A DNA stretch of 63,307 nucleotides, filler included, from Octopus bimaculoides (Eukaryota), in NCBI RefSeq assembly GCF_001194135.2. It is 7 parts of 7 records of this genome, joined end to end, with 100 filler letters (N's around TTAATTAATTAA, not from the genome) between each part and the next. Parts side by side here need not be neighbours in the genome. Positions count along the whole stretch, not along the records: positions 26,731 to 58,686 come from NC_068988.1; 6 more parts are not named here. One strand, 5' to 3'. A program made the translations under genes and the position numbers. Below the pieces are notes generated by a model. That model did not search any database. It worked only from the letters and a program-made list of their open reading frames with translations, and was not told where the DNA came from. Position 1 is the stretch's first letter. Each line of letters begins with the position of its first letter. Shown here piece after piece: positions 35,263 to 48,679 of this stretch.

Positions 35263-36636
35263 TATAGAACATAATATAATACACTATAATTTAATGTAAT
35301 GTAATATAATATAATATAATATAATATAATGTAATATAATATAATATAATGTAATATAATATAATATATATAGAAATATTACATAATATTATATATATTT
35401 GCTTGTGCTCATATATATATATATATATATAAACATATAAATACGTATAAATATATACACACACACGCATATATATACTCACACATACATACATACATAC
35501 ATACATACATACATACATACATACATACATAAGTTGTTCTTCCCAGTTTTCCTTGCATACACATATATGCGATGCACTCATAATACCACTGATACGGATC
35601 TGCACACTTTGTTTGCAATTCCCGATCAAAGTTTCATTCTAAATAATGAGGTCATACGATATTAATATTTCTGCAATGTTAGAAAACGCTGGGTGATATT
35701 TCAGCACCGTTAGTTACCAACTGTGAATAGGATGTCTAGATTACTAAGCACTGAGAGAACAAGTACCATGCAACTTTATCTTTCGATGAATTATTCATGA
35801 AAGATATAGAAATATATACAATAGGCAATTTAAATTTACATACCGAATTTATATTAAAAACTGTCCACAGTTCGCAAATCACTGTCAGTAAGTATGGGAT
35901 TGACTCATACTTTTAGCGTTATCTCTGTCTGACTCTTCTGTCTGTTTGTTTGTCTTTCTCTACTTCTCTGACAGTCACTGCCTGCCTGTCTTACTGTTAA
36001 AGCCTCAGTAAGATTCCCGAGAGAAAGGTTTTCCTTACGTGTTGACAACAATCCGGCATGACGAAAGAGAAAAGGCTACAAGAAGCGTTTATGCCTTAGC
36101 AACACACTCACATATGTATGTATGTAAGTATGTATGTATGTATGTTATTATTCAGTTTATGTCAAGATTTTTTGCCAATAGAGAAAGAACCGATTTCTAA
36201 CTTAGATCCAGGGCTCCTTCATTGGAATTTCAACATCAATAACAAGGTATTTTTGTTTGTGTGTATGTATAAATGTATGTATGGGCAAATTTGTATGTTT
36301 TATGTATATATTTTCATGCATATAGTTGCATATCTAGACATGCTCATATGTATTTAAATGATAAACTTCTGGAAAGTTTTAAGGATTTTTATAGTTCTAG
36401 TGATGGATTGGATCTGTAGTGTTCGAATTAACTTTCTCATGGTACATATGTATGTATGTATGTATTTGTGTGTGTGTGTCTGTTAAATTAAGATTATTAT
36501 TTCAAGGCAAGCTTAAGAAGAGTAACAGAACACAAGATATACAAAGAGGATGGTTTACTGCTAAAAGTAGATTTAAATTTATTGTAAGGTGTGATTTAAC
36601 TAGGATTTCAAGCTTCGCAAACGGTGTAATCAACCA

Positions 36637-36667
<31 letters not shown>

Positions 36668-38249
36668 NNNNNNNNNNNNNNNNNNNNNNNNNNNNNNNNN
36701 NNNNNNNNNNNNNNNNNNNNNNNNNNNNNNNNNNNNNNNNNNNNNNNNNNNNNNNNNNNNNNNNNNNNNNNNNNNNNNNNNNNNNNNNNNNNNNNNNNNN
36801 NNNNNNNNNNNNNNNNNNNNNNNNNNNNNNNNNNNNNNNNNNNNNNNNNNNNNNNNNNNNNNNNNNNNNNNNNNNNNNNNNNNNNNNNNNNNNNNNNNNN
36901 NNNNNNNNNNNNNNNNNNNNNNNNNNNNNNNNNNNNNNNNNNNNNNNNNNNNNNNNNNNNNNNNNNNNNNNNNNNNNNNNNNNNNNNNNNNNNNNNNNNN
37001 NNNNNNNNNNNNNNNNNNNNNNNNNNNNNNNNNNNNNNNNNNNNNNNNNNNNNNNNNNNNNNNNNNNNNNNNNNNNNNNNNNNNNNNNNNNNNNNNNNNN
37101 NNNNNNNNNNNNNNNNNNNNNNNNNNNNNNNNNNNNNNNNNNNNNNNNNNNNNNNNNNNNNNNNNNNNNNNNNNNNNNNNNNNNNNNNNNNNNNNNNNNN
37201 NNNNNNNNNNNNNNNNNNNNNNNNNNNNNNNNNNNNNNNNNNNNNNNNNNNNNNNNNNNNNNNNNNNNNNNNNNNNNNNNNNNNNNNNNNNNNNNNNNNN
37301 NNNNNNNNNNNNNNNNNNNNNNNNNNNNNNNNNNNNNNNNNNNNNNNNNNNNNNNNNNNCTTGGCCTTTTTATAAAGAATATTCTGGGGTTTGTCAAGCA
37401 AGAGAAAAGAAAGAAGAAAAAATTTTTTTTGAGGAGGGGGAGATAAAGAGGTTTGGCTTTTGTATGGTCACACACGTTTTATGGTGGGGGAGAAAAAAGA
37501 AGAGAAAGAAAAAAGAATTTTTGCATTTGAATTGGTCAAGGCTTTAATTGAAAAACCAGATGTTTTTGACTTTCTTCAGTAAAAATTATAATTGCACTTC
37601 CAGGACTTGCTCTTTCGTGTTCATTGAAAGACAGTAGTACGGAAGTGGTCAACTTTTTTTATTGAAATTGTTGGTGTTTTTGAAAGAGTGATGTTTGAGT
37701 TCACCATATGCCCACACAGCAATTATATATATACACATTCACATATACGCACATACCCCCATTCAAGGACATCTATATGTGTACATGTTCATATTTATGA
37801 ACAGATACACATTCCACACATACATAAGTACACATGATTTTTTAAAGAATAATCAATTAATATAAATAAAGATTCATCTCTGTGGTTCAATATATTTAGA
37901 AAGTTTTGGTCATTTTAACTATTACTCTTGATTTTTGTCCGAGTATTTGTCCTTCAGACTGCAAAACGGAATTTTTGAAAAAAAGCAATACACAATGCTG
38001 TCACAATTATATTTCCAAATTTCTCTATTTCTGGTTGGCTGTTTTGTTTTGAATATATTTTAAAGTTCTAACCTAGAATTTTCTAAGGAAGAAAGAGAGC
38101 CAAGTACAGAAGAGGGAAATCAGCTGTTCTTATAGAATTTTGGAATCTAGAGTGTTTTGCAAGATCCAACAACAATGTGGTAAAAAGGTTTTAGCAATGG
38201 CTTGAGATCATCTTTAACATATATACAATCAAATTCATGTGAAGTATAG

Positions 38250-38870
38250 TTCCGCTATCTTTCTCCCTTGCCTACCCACTGTCTTCGGTGCTTGACATTT
38301 CTATAGAGAACCCATTTCGCTTTACCAGTCGCTATTCGGTCTTAAAAAAAGGTTCATTCGTGGGACGTGACAGCAAAGAAGAGTACACATTTACTCTCTA
38401 CACTCGATGAGAATCGGAAAGTTTGTGAGGAACCCACTTACCCGAGTTGCTGACTTTTCAGATGGTACGTAGGTGTCGATGAATGGTTGAATGATTAAAT
38501 CCAAGCTTCTATGCTAGTTCTTCAACAATTACGATGGGATTTAGATCCACCAGGGTTTGCAGAACGTCCTCGTCGAGTTCCACAGATCATCCAGAACGAG
38601 GCTCGTCTTCTGGGCTATAGTTTCCGACTTGGAATTTCTGGAACCACCATTGACGCTGGCTTATGCTTATTGTCCGATCCCCATATACTGCATTAGTATT
38701 CCTTGCACTTTCTGTTCCGTTGTTGCGTTTATTGATCTCATAAAGCAAAATATGCCCAATATGCTCGTTTGTCACTTCCACCATAGCTATGAAAGACTAA
38801 CTGTTAAAATCGAATTGCACTCTTCAAAACTTTCACTAAAAATAAGGACAAGGTAAAATTACTACTTGCT
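38250..38870 (-). mobile_element. Mariner transposase 5' part, decayed
   Basis: MVEVTNEHIGHILLYEINKRNNGTESARNTNAVYGDRTISISQRQWWFQKFQVGNYSPEDEPRSG, then KWVPHKL and RIATGKAKWVLYRNVKHRRQW. Confidence 0.9.
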
Positions 38871-39103
38871 TTTATAGCAAGTTGATGCAGCTAGTTTATC
38901 CCGTCCCCCTCGGACAGTAAACAAAGGAAAACGAAACTAAAGTGTGAGAAGGCAAAAAGTGCTATCCTTCTTAGGGCATAAAGGATAAGGCTGGAAAGAT
39001 GGGAGATAACCAACGTTACAATAATTAGATGTCAAGCAGACGTAAACCAGATGTTAATTAGCACATAATTATAAATATATACATACATCCATACATACAT
39101 ACG

Positions 39104-39152
<49 letters not shown>

Positions 39153-39241
39153 TAATAATAATAATAACAATAATAATAATAATAACAACAACAGCAACAA
39201 CAACAACAACAACAACAATAACAACAACAACAATAATAATA

Positions 39242-39317
<76 letters not shown>

Positions 39318-40115
39318 CATCTAATAAATGCTAAAACGAATTTCTGTGTGTCAGTGTGTCACACTTTCACCCCACTCTCTTACTATTCAATGACACTTTT
39401 CTACTTCTCTTGCTGGGGTGATAGTAATAGTAGACATAGAGACGGTGAGGGTGGTAGTAGATTGACAGATGAAATGGTAATGGAGTGATAGTAATAGTAT
39501 GAGCTGTAGTTGTGATAGAAGCAGAGGCGACGGTGATAATTGTGGTGGTGGTGGTGGTGGTAGCTGAGACGGTCAAGCACGACAGTAATAGTAAGGGATG
39601 TGAAAGAAAGTGCTGATGGTGGTGGCGTCAGAAGTCTAAATGTTGTTTGTATAGCAGTTGTGGTGGCGATGGTGGTGTTGGTGATGGTTGAAAACAACCA
39701 ACAGAAAGAGAGAGAGAGAGCGGGGGGGGGGGTTAGACAGAATTGTATTCACCCCGGAAAGGGAAGACAAAAAATGTTGTTTATCATGCAGCTTTGCAGT
39801 AAGTTCCAAGTCGACATATTATATCATTGTTTTGGCGAAAATTGTTCATTGCTTGAAAAAATATTGGTCGAGTTTAATAAAATTTAATATGTACTCCCTG
39901 TACGAAGTGTTATTATTGGGCCTCAAGGACCAATGAAGAGCCCTCCACAGGAGCTAGCTCAAAAGCCGCCCGATAGGGTGGTTTTTAAGCTAGTAGATAT
40001 ATATATATGTATATATACATTATTATTTCTAAATCTCACAACATGAGACATTCAGTAACAGTTCTTTAAAGTAAATACTATTTGTCCACAAAATGGGGTT
40101 GTCCTGAAAGGGACG

Positions 40116-40889
40116 CTGTTACTGTAATTTTAGCCTCAGAAGCATCGTTTCTATCTGGCTATATGACACGGTCTTGCTTTCAGCTTTATAATTGGTGGAA
40201 TAAATTATTATTTCAACCAGGAAACCCTGGGTGGCTATTTTGCAAGATTTGTGGTTTTTAAGTTAAGCTGTTTATATATATACATATATATATATATATA
40301 TGTATGTATATATTGCAGTGATCAATAAATATTCTCGTATCTTTCATCTTCCGTCTCTCTCATTAATCAAATATCCAACGAACACTTTGAAAGTGAACGT
40401 GCATTACCTGTAAGCTATCAGATGTATACCACACGATATATTATCTAATAATAATAACGATGATGATGATGATAATAATAATAATAATGATAGTATATGT
40501 ATATATATGTACGTCCGTGTGTATGTATCCGGTATACGAAACTGAGGCNNNNNNNNNNNNNNNNNNNNNNNNNNNNNNNNNNNNNNNNNNNNNNNNNNNN
40601 NNNNNNNNNNNNNNNNNNNNNNNNNNNNNNNNNNNNNNNNNNNNNNNNNNNNNCTGTTACTGTAATTTTAGCCTCAGAAGCATCGTTTCTATCTGGCTAT
40701 ATGACACGGTCTTGCTTTCAGCTTTATAATTGGTGGAATAAATTATTATTTCAACCAGGAAACCCTGGGTGGCTATTTTGCAAGATTTGTGGTTTTTAAG
40801 TTAAGCTGTTTATATATATACATATATATATATATATATGTATATATATGTACGTCCGTGTGTATGTATCCGGTATACGAAACTGAGGC
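40116..40889. other. Gap-flanking duplicate (probable two haplotypes assembled in tandem)
   Basis: 40116-40548 and 40654-40889 share identical start and end sequence; the first copy is 197 nt longer. Confidence 0.75.
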
Positions 40890-41399
40890 AATTGCATTTG
40901 AATCGCATATTTCAAATTAACTTTTTGGCAGAAATCTGCATCATGCACAATCTGTGGTTCTGATGTTATCATCTAAAGGAGTTCACTGAATACTGTTTTA
41001 ATAGCAGTTGGATATTTGCCTCATCTAGATCTAGCAGAAAATAAATTCCCTAGGTTATGTCAGCATAAGTATTCCTTACAGCATGTTCGAGATAGGTAAC
41101 AGAACCAGTTTATTGACATCGATATTATGGAGTATCGCATCACACTAGTAAAACCTTTTCTCACATTATCAGCGGTCAAATTAGTCGATGGAGAGCGACA
41201 TTATATTTATACTGCCTTGACTGAATGTGCTGAGATCATACAGTTGCTCTCATTAAACCTGAATATGGCTGTTCAGGTTATAGTTGACAGTTTGCATAAA
41301 AGGGAAACAAAAAGCTTAATGTCCCATCTAAAACTAAAGTATCTTAAAAATTCTAAAAATATCTACTGGGAGATAACAGTTAACTAATAAAAGTAGCTG

Positions 41400-41745
41400 C
41401 TCTCGGCTCCTACGATGATCTTAAGACAGATCCGAACCTGGTGCATGCGTTCTTTACGAACATCTTGATTTTGGCCAGCAGCTTGTCCTTGGTGTTATAG
41501 GCAGAACGGGCGTCTTTCGCATTCGCTCCCCACTTACAGTAATCCATGGGATTACAATCGGGGGAATTAGGAGACCAGAAATTGGGGATGGTGAAGTCGT
41601 AGAAATTCCCTGACAACAACTTTTTACTCTTTCCGGAGGAATGGCAAAGAGCTGAATCCTGCCGCTACACATTTGGCCTTCCAGCAGCAACCTTCTCCAG
41701 CTAGGAATTGACTAGTCTCCTGAAGCTTAACATAGTCGTTTGAAT
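41400..41745 (-). mobile_element. maT/DD37D-like transposase C-terminal fragment
   Basis: NFYDFTIPNFWSPNSPDCNPMDYCKWG...KDKLLAKIKMFVKNACTRFGS matches WPP.SPDLNPLDY..W. Confidence 0.8.
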
Positions 41746-42399
41746 TTAGCCTAAAACCCTGCCCAAAGATGTTGGAACGAATGCAAGTGTGCGGACGTAG
41801 TCAGAACACCTGCTGTGTCTCTTCCTGCTGAGCACGGCTTCGTAGTCTCTGTTGCAACTGTCCATCTCACGTGTTACAGCCTTTACAATGTTCACAGAGT
41901 ATTGAGGTGTAGTCATGATGTCAGAATTTTGATACCTAACGTGAATCATCATGACACAGGTAACTATTTCAAATATTCAGATGGTTCCCAGTCCACCACA
42001 TCAGTTAACTTTTACTCAACTACAATTTTAGTCTTTATGCTCTCAAACACCGCTGAGTTCGTCAATATAGCAAGCTGTTCCCCCACCAAAAAACAAAAAG
42101 TGGTATAAAAATTGTCTATTTTAGACCGAACACCCTTTACATCTTTCTAAATCTCTACCAGACGCTGAACAATTCCTGAAAGAATGCATGATAGTCCGTT
42201 ATTTTTAGTATTATTAGCATTAATCGTGGCACGGAAGGCTAGTCTATATACTTCCCAACGCCGTGTAATTAAGGAATTTCACCATTAATTGACAGGGCGT
42301 TATTCGCTGTTCGTTTCTCTCATTGGAAGGTGCTGCACCACATTTCCCTTTTAGAATTTAATTCATCAGTATTTTCGTAAACGAATGAAGCTTATATCT

Positions 42400-42865
42400 C
42401 ATATCTTCTATATGTGGCTATATTTATCTTCTCTGAAACTCAATTTTCAAATTTTCGCATCTCTGCGATTTTTCAGATGAATACTTTTAGGTGTAAATAT
42501 TTGTTCTTCTGTGGGTAACTCTTAGATTCTTCGACTAATAATTAAATATATTCTTGAGATAGCTTTCTTCCTAATATTGCCATGTTATTGCATTTCATTA
42601 ACTATTTTGTCATTTCTTTTGTCATAGTGGATTTCGTTACTAAACCGAGTTTCTCCAGATTGTCATTCATTTTGCATCTGTTAATTTACTGAAGATGCTG
42701 ACTTATTATCCTGTTGTCTCTCTTTCTTTTTTTTTGTTCAATTAAACCGTTGTTTTGCCTCAATTGGCCAATTTTGTTATATCCAGGGTCACTAAATTAT
42801 GATTTTTTTTGTCTGTATTGATTCAGTCGTATATCTGTCTGACATCGGTAAATATTTTTGTGTTT

Positions 42866-42897
<32 letters not shown>

Positions 42898-42900
42898 TTT

Positions 42901-42936
<36 letters not shown>

Positions 42937-44790
42937 GTCATTGCATCTGATATCTCGAAATTGCTTTACGTTTTCCTTGGTTAATTTGTTAATTTTTATA
43001 GTCGGTCTTAAATGTAATCTTGCTGAGATTTAACATTGCTGAGACTTTGCTACCATCTCCATATATATTAATTAGAATATTGCTAGCAATATTCAGACTA
43101 GTCATTAGAAATGAATTTATTCTGGAGTGGCTAACATAGCGTCATCTCATTTCTTCGACTGACCAAATATATTTGCTGCATAATTATCTAGAATTTTTCT
43201 GTGGTGTACAGAAGCCATCTACTGGAATCTTTCATTTAACAGTTTGCGCTGTTTCTCGTTGACCACTTCATACTTATAATATTCTTTCTTAAGACCTATG
43301 TGTTCGTTGATAAAAACTGCATTTCTTTGGTATTTATTGCAAAACACGAGTTTACTGGCTGTATCTTACTGAGAACATTCCACTTGTTGGTCCAATATAG
43401 TTTTATCGGTTGGCAGTTGTGTGTCTTTGTAGACTATTTCCTTTTTCGGTAATTTCCACTGAATATACATGGATTTAATCTAATGAATTTATATCTAACT
43501 TTGAATATGGGCTCTGCAGGTCTACGTGTATTTTAGATTTCTTGTGCAGCTATAGATACCTTTTCTGTTGTTCCTGTTTATGGTATTTGTTGCCTGTTGG
43601 GAACTGTTGAGTGATTAGTCTTAGCAACAAAATTTGTCACTACATTTTTGGCTTAAAGACGAATTGAAAGATAATTCTTTACCAGTTCAATTTTGTTTTG
43701 GTTTGTTTACGTGAATTTGTGTAAGTAATCTAATTTTCCTTTGAACTCACATTAAAGTTTCTAAGTGGTGTTGCTTGTTCGAATATTGCTTTGTCAGCGA
43801 GCTTTGCGGAGATTTTCCAATTATGTTACTGACTATTATTATCAAAGTGGGTGGTTACAAACTTTGTTTGTTTATACCAAAGCTTGACCCGATTTTCTAG
43901 AAGAATAACTTTTTTATATTGTTAGGTTTAGTGTTTCGTTAGGGAAATTGTCACAGGTGGGTTGTTTAGGACAGCGATTCAAAAGTTACTGTCACTGAAA
44001 ATATTATCTATTTTCCAAATATGCATAATTCATGACCGCTCATATTGTGAGAGATTACCATATTATCAACTCTCTAGAATCCTGTGTTGACGAGGTCGAA
44101 TCTCTTGCTTGGTTTTCCTAGTGTATATTGTCCGAGTAGCTTACGTGTATGTACTTAGTCATAAGGTTCTACGGTGATATTGAAAAACTAAACGTGCTCT
44201 TTCTCTATCCAGACGGGAGCCATTGCATTATGAAATACACTCTTAATGAGATGTATGTTTTGCCGCTTTACTAGGTATGCCTATTTACCGGCAAACTTTC
44301 TAATTCATATGCTTCTCTACTGACTGCGTAGTATGTGCTGCTGTTTACATTTTTATGTTTTACTTATGCTGTTAAGGAAGTCTTTGCTTGATATATATGT
44401 CTCTTATTCATAGTTTCTTTTATCTGGGAAGACGAAAATTTTCCATACATCCATAGTTATTTGATATCTGAGTGCAGTTTATTTTGGAAGTTATTTCTTT
44501 CATATATAAATCTTATCTTCTTCATCGTGTCTGTTTCGCATGTTTCTCAGTTCTTGAGCTGTGAAGAATGTTCGGCTTCAGTTGTAACTTTTGAAGCCGA
44601 ACGTTTCTCTTGAGGATACATCATCGTTGCCTTTTTGTGCCTATGCGTACAGCTAGTTAAATATACTGCATCGGAGATAAGCATTCTGGGTACTTTTTCT
44701 ATATTGATATTTTTAATATCCGAGTGTATGCTATTCCATATTGTCTACATCTCGATTAGTAAATAAAGCGCACCTCTCCAGAAGGAATTT
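42400..44790 (-). mobile_element. Long, highly decayed Penelope-like element
   Basis: Minus-strand motifs in the expected order: ETFGFKSYN, WKIFVFPDKRNYE, NMSGHELCIFG (degenerate GS.DGAE.CELVG); many stops; boundaries approximate. Confidence 0.55.
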
Positions 44791-44871
44791 TTAAAGTCAA
44801 AAGTTACAGTTTGTAAACGAATGACGAAAAGAATACTTAGTAACTAATATATTTAGACTAAATTCTTACAG

Positions 44872-45560
44872 TCGTCGAAATAACCTCAAAGTGGCAGTTT
44901 GGCCTGTTATAAATAGCAACCAAGTTTCCCTCAAAACCTACACTACTGTCATGAAAAGGCGAAGGACATACTGATTAATGTATTTTAATATATCTCTAAG
45001 ATGACAGAATCATCATGTCTGAAACACCTTCGATGATGTGTCTGTTCAAACAGAGCTGATCTGCGGCTAAACACCTCCATCAGCTACATTTCTCTGCATT
45101 TTTCTTAAGTCCATGCAGGAGCCTCTTCGTAATTGTTTGAATTTTTAGAAATATCAGCCAAACCTCCTTCAAATCACACCTTAAAGAAGACCACATAAGC
45201 CAGTATATTTAAGATACACAATGTCTTAAAAATAGATGCAATGGTTGCAGCACTGATCGCACACCTATTTGATTATAACTTATCTGGAAGTAAACAATAA
45301 CTAGAATAGCAACAAGTAGAAAGCATCCACGGCCTAAATATGATATCGAATTAATAACTTAGGCTTTACATGGTTGCCCACCTTGCTAAAGATGACTGAA
45401 AAATTTCTCTCAAATCACCCTTCCTTCTTAGATAAGAGAAGAATCATTCGAAATTATCTTTATGTACATAATTCTAAGAAAAGAGGAAAAGAGCGGTCAC
45501 CATTGTACCGCTTCTGATCGTATCTCTGCTTGATCAAAGCCTGGCTTGAACACAGGTAGC
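44872..45560 (+). repeat. Three tandem copies of an interspersed repeat (family D; aaatcacacc..ggacacatt..gataatgta..gcctttgatc..ggctaaacaacaa)
   Basis: Copies at about 44872-45080, 45140-45295 and 45380-45560; related pieces at about 2300-2400 and 6811-6930. Confidence 0.65.
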
Positions 45561-47009
45561 TTTTTCTTATATAACTGTTGATATAAGTATTGTTTTGTGA
45601 TATATGCAAGAAGGAAGATGTTTCTGCTTACAACAGAAAGACAGAAGAAGAAGGAGAGAAAGTGAGAGTAAAAGATAGATAGATAGAGAGAAAGCGTTAA
45701 AGAGAGAAAGAGAAAGAAAGAGAGAGAATAAAGGGAAGGAAGGAGTAAGGGAAAGTAATCAGGGGTGTAGCAGGAGGACAGAGAAGTAAACAGAGTAAAT
45801 TAGATTAATAGAAAAGCTGGAAGATATCTAGAAAAAGAAGCCCTGCACACAAGTTTTATATTTCCTTTTAGCTTTTTGGTTGGTTGAGACAGTTGACACC
45901 TTTCTTACTCTTTCTTTTCCCACTAACGTCTTCTTAATATTCACAGAAAAAACACACCAGAATGTCCTTACTTATATCTATTTCAAATCACATGAGCTAT
46001 TTCTTTGCTTAAGAAAATGGTTAAATGTAGGAAAGCTTTGAGAGAGATTATCAGATATCACTATTCGGAATGAGACACGAGTAAATCCCCTGTTTTCTTT
46101 GATATTACACTACTTGTAACAAATTTTAGATTACTTTAAACCATTTATATTTGCACAGAAAATAAAAGCAACGCAATACAATAATCAATTAACTACCAAG
46201 CAAAATCAATTTACAGTACTTTATTACAGTATAGATGTAATTTGAGAAAATGGAATAACGCCACTGTTATATAATTGACAATGCAGTCGCATGAGAACTG
46301 ATCTATAGTTCATGGTGTAAGTCTTCTTAGTGGTATTTCGGTTTTTTCACGCCTCAAATTGGTGCTTATGATGTCATATATTAAGAACAACAGTATTAGT
46401 GAATTGAGGAGATAATGGTAGTATATTACATTGATTTGTTTGTGTAACGTCCGTTTCTCACTGTTGGCAAGAGTTCGGACGGAAAGTAAACTGAGACAGG
46501 ATCTTATAACCGGATGCACTTCTCATCGACGAGTCTTACTTTTTTGTTCTACAAGCCGTCGAATGTGCAGAGTAAACGGTTATAAGAACCTTATCCTAAC
46601 CAATGCTTCGATCAACCGGTGACAAGAATAGAATATTAATATTCATGTCAATTTGTGAACATACATATATCTTTGACAGGCTTCCTGCAGTTTCCATCTA
46701 CCAAGCCTATGCATTCACTGGACTACCTGGTACTATAGTATAAGACATTCACTCAAAGATCTGAAGTCGAAACGAACTCAAAACCACGCAGTTATGAGGA
46801 ATATTTCTTGATCGGCCAGACACACCTGCACTCGCAATCGACTTTAAGGAGGATCGAAAATCGATTGAGCGTGTTCGTAATTTTTTCAATCCCCGAAGAA
46901 ATAGTTAAATTTGCTATGCTTTAATGTCTAACATGTAGGTTTACGTATCAATGAATAAAATGTTAGGTTCACAAGATCGTGTTGCTCGGATTTTGTGGCG
47001 TATATATTC

Positions 47010-47190
47010 CCCTGCTGGATGTAACGCCGGTTGTGGAAGGGTTACTCATTTTTGTCAGCTGAGAGGACTGAAGTAACGTGAAATGAAGTGTTGTTCAAGA
47101 ACACAACGTATCACCCGGTTCAGGAATTGAAACCACAATCCTACGATAACAAGTGCAATACATTAATCACTAACTAACGCGCTTCCATAG
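47010..47190 (-). mobile_element. Third tRNA-type SINE family (C)
   Basis: gctgagaggactgaagtaacgtgaaatgaagtgttgttcaagaacacaac...ggttcaggaattgaaaccac..., reverse-oriented tRNA-like head. Confidence 0.6.
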
Positions 47191-47329
47191 GCGAATATAT
47201 ATACATTACCCTTCTTTACTCGTTTCAGCTATGCAGCTGCGGTCATGCTGGAGTACCATCGTGGTCTTTCTGATTTCCTCAGTCTGGGGTATTTCACGTC
47301 GACATTCTTGTATGTGCCTTTGTCCCAGC

Positions 47330-47460
47330 TGTTGGCCCATTTCGCGTATCAACTGCCCTCGTCTGCACCTCATGTCGGGCTATTAGTTCATCCGGTATTG
47401 TAGAGAGGAGGATATCTAGTTCCTTTCTGAAAAACTCTATTTCTACCTTATGCAGATTTC
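47330..47460 (-). mobile_element. CR1/L2-group LINE C-terminal fragment
   Basis: Minus strand VEIEFFRKELDILLSTIPDE..RHEVQTRA resembles the FK..LD..L..IPD.P....RAA terminus. Confidence 0.5.
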
Positions 47461-47510
47461 TTAATTTTATGACAGGGCAATATGTATACGCGTTTGTGTG
47501 TGTTTGTATC

Positions 47511-47547
<37 letters not shown>

Positions 47548-47581
47548 ATATATATATATGTATGTATGCGCGTATGTATAC

Positions 47582-47648
<67 letters not shown>

Positions 47649-47722
47649 GCTAGCTAGCTAGCTAGCTATCTGTATGTACACACACACACACACATATATG
47701 TATACATGCGTAAACATATATA

Positions 47723-48146
47723 TTCTTTTATTCTTTTACATGTTTCAGTCATTTGACTGCTGCCATGCTGGAGCACCTCCTTAAGTCGAGCAAATCGACT
47801 CCAGAACTTATTCTTTGTAAGCGTGGTACTTATTCTATCGGTCCGTTTTGCCGAACCGCTAGGTTACGGGCACGTAAACACAACAGCATCGGTTACCAAG
47901 CGATGTTGGGGCTGGGGACAAATACAGGCACACAAACATAATCACAGACACACACACACACACATATGTATATATATTATATACGACGAGCTTCTTTCAG
48001 TTTCCGTCTTCTAAATCCACTCACAAGGCTTTGGTCGGCCCGAGGCTATAGCAAAAGATACTTGCTCAATGTGTCACGCAGTGAAACTGAACCCGGAACC
48101 ATGTGGTTGGTAAGCAAGTTACTTACCACACAGTCACACCTGCGCC
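47723..48146 (-). mobile_element. Full-length SINE family B with internal (CA/TA)n linker
   Basis: Head ggcgcaggtgtgactgtgtggtaagtaac at 48146, microsatellite about 47930-47985, tail gactgaaacatgtaaaagaataaaagaa. Confidence 0.9.
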
Positions 48147-48218
<72 letters not shown>

Positions 48219-48348
48219 GATACATACACACACATGCATACATACATACATATATGTATATACATAAAATGGTATCAGCGCCAAGCAATCATAAGAATTA
48301 AACGAACTTTAGTTTGGTTAAAATATATATTCAGTGTGTTCTAATCAG

Positions 48349-48457
48349 ATATGATGATTCTACACCTTTTACTAAAAGCGAGAATTTCTCTCTCACACTA
48401 TCTGCAGTGAATTTGTCTTTCGAAGTTAAAACATGTGACAAACATATTTTAACAAAC
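48349..48457 (+). CDS. Candidate internal exon (possibly extracellular region of the adhesion GPCR)
   Basis: Acceptor ttctaatcAG, donor AAC|gtaagg; open frame YDDSTPFTKSENFSLTLSAVNLSFEVKTCDKHILTN with two N-glycosylation sequons; no family motif recognised. Confidence 0.3.
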
Positions 48458-48679
48458 GTAAGGTTTCTTTATTCCTCATCATTGCTTAGTGCTGATGCAG
48501 TAAGTATTTACTCCGACTAGGCAGTCTGTGAGTGAAACACAATCACTGGTATTAACTGTTTTAAGGGAAAGTTACGGATCTAGTATCTACCCGAGTTACC
48601 TCTCTATGGTGACTCCTACCGAGGAGAAATTCGTTTGAGAGTACGCTAGAGGGAAGCACTGAGCATATATGGTATTTTT

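Noticed and set aside
41127-41387. 86-aa ORF or possible exon AVKLVDGERHY...
   Set aside because: No family motif and a weak donor; cannot be linked to any gene here.
45947-46020. Strong acceptor followed by QNVLTYIYFKSHELF, vaguely GAIN-like
   Set aside because: Weak donor and the phase does not join the 61341 exon; the resemblance is too short to support.
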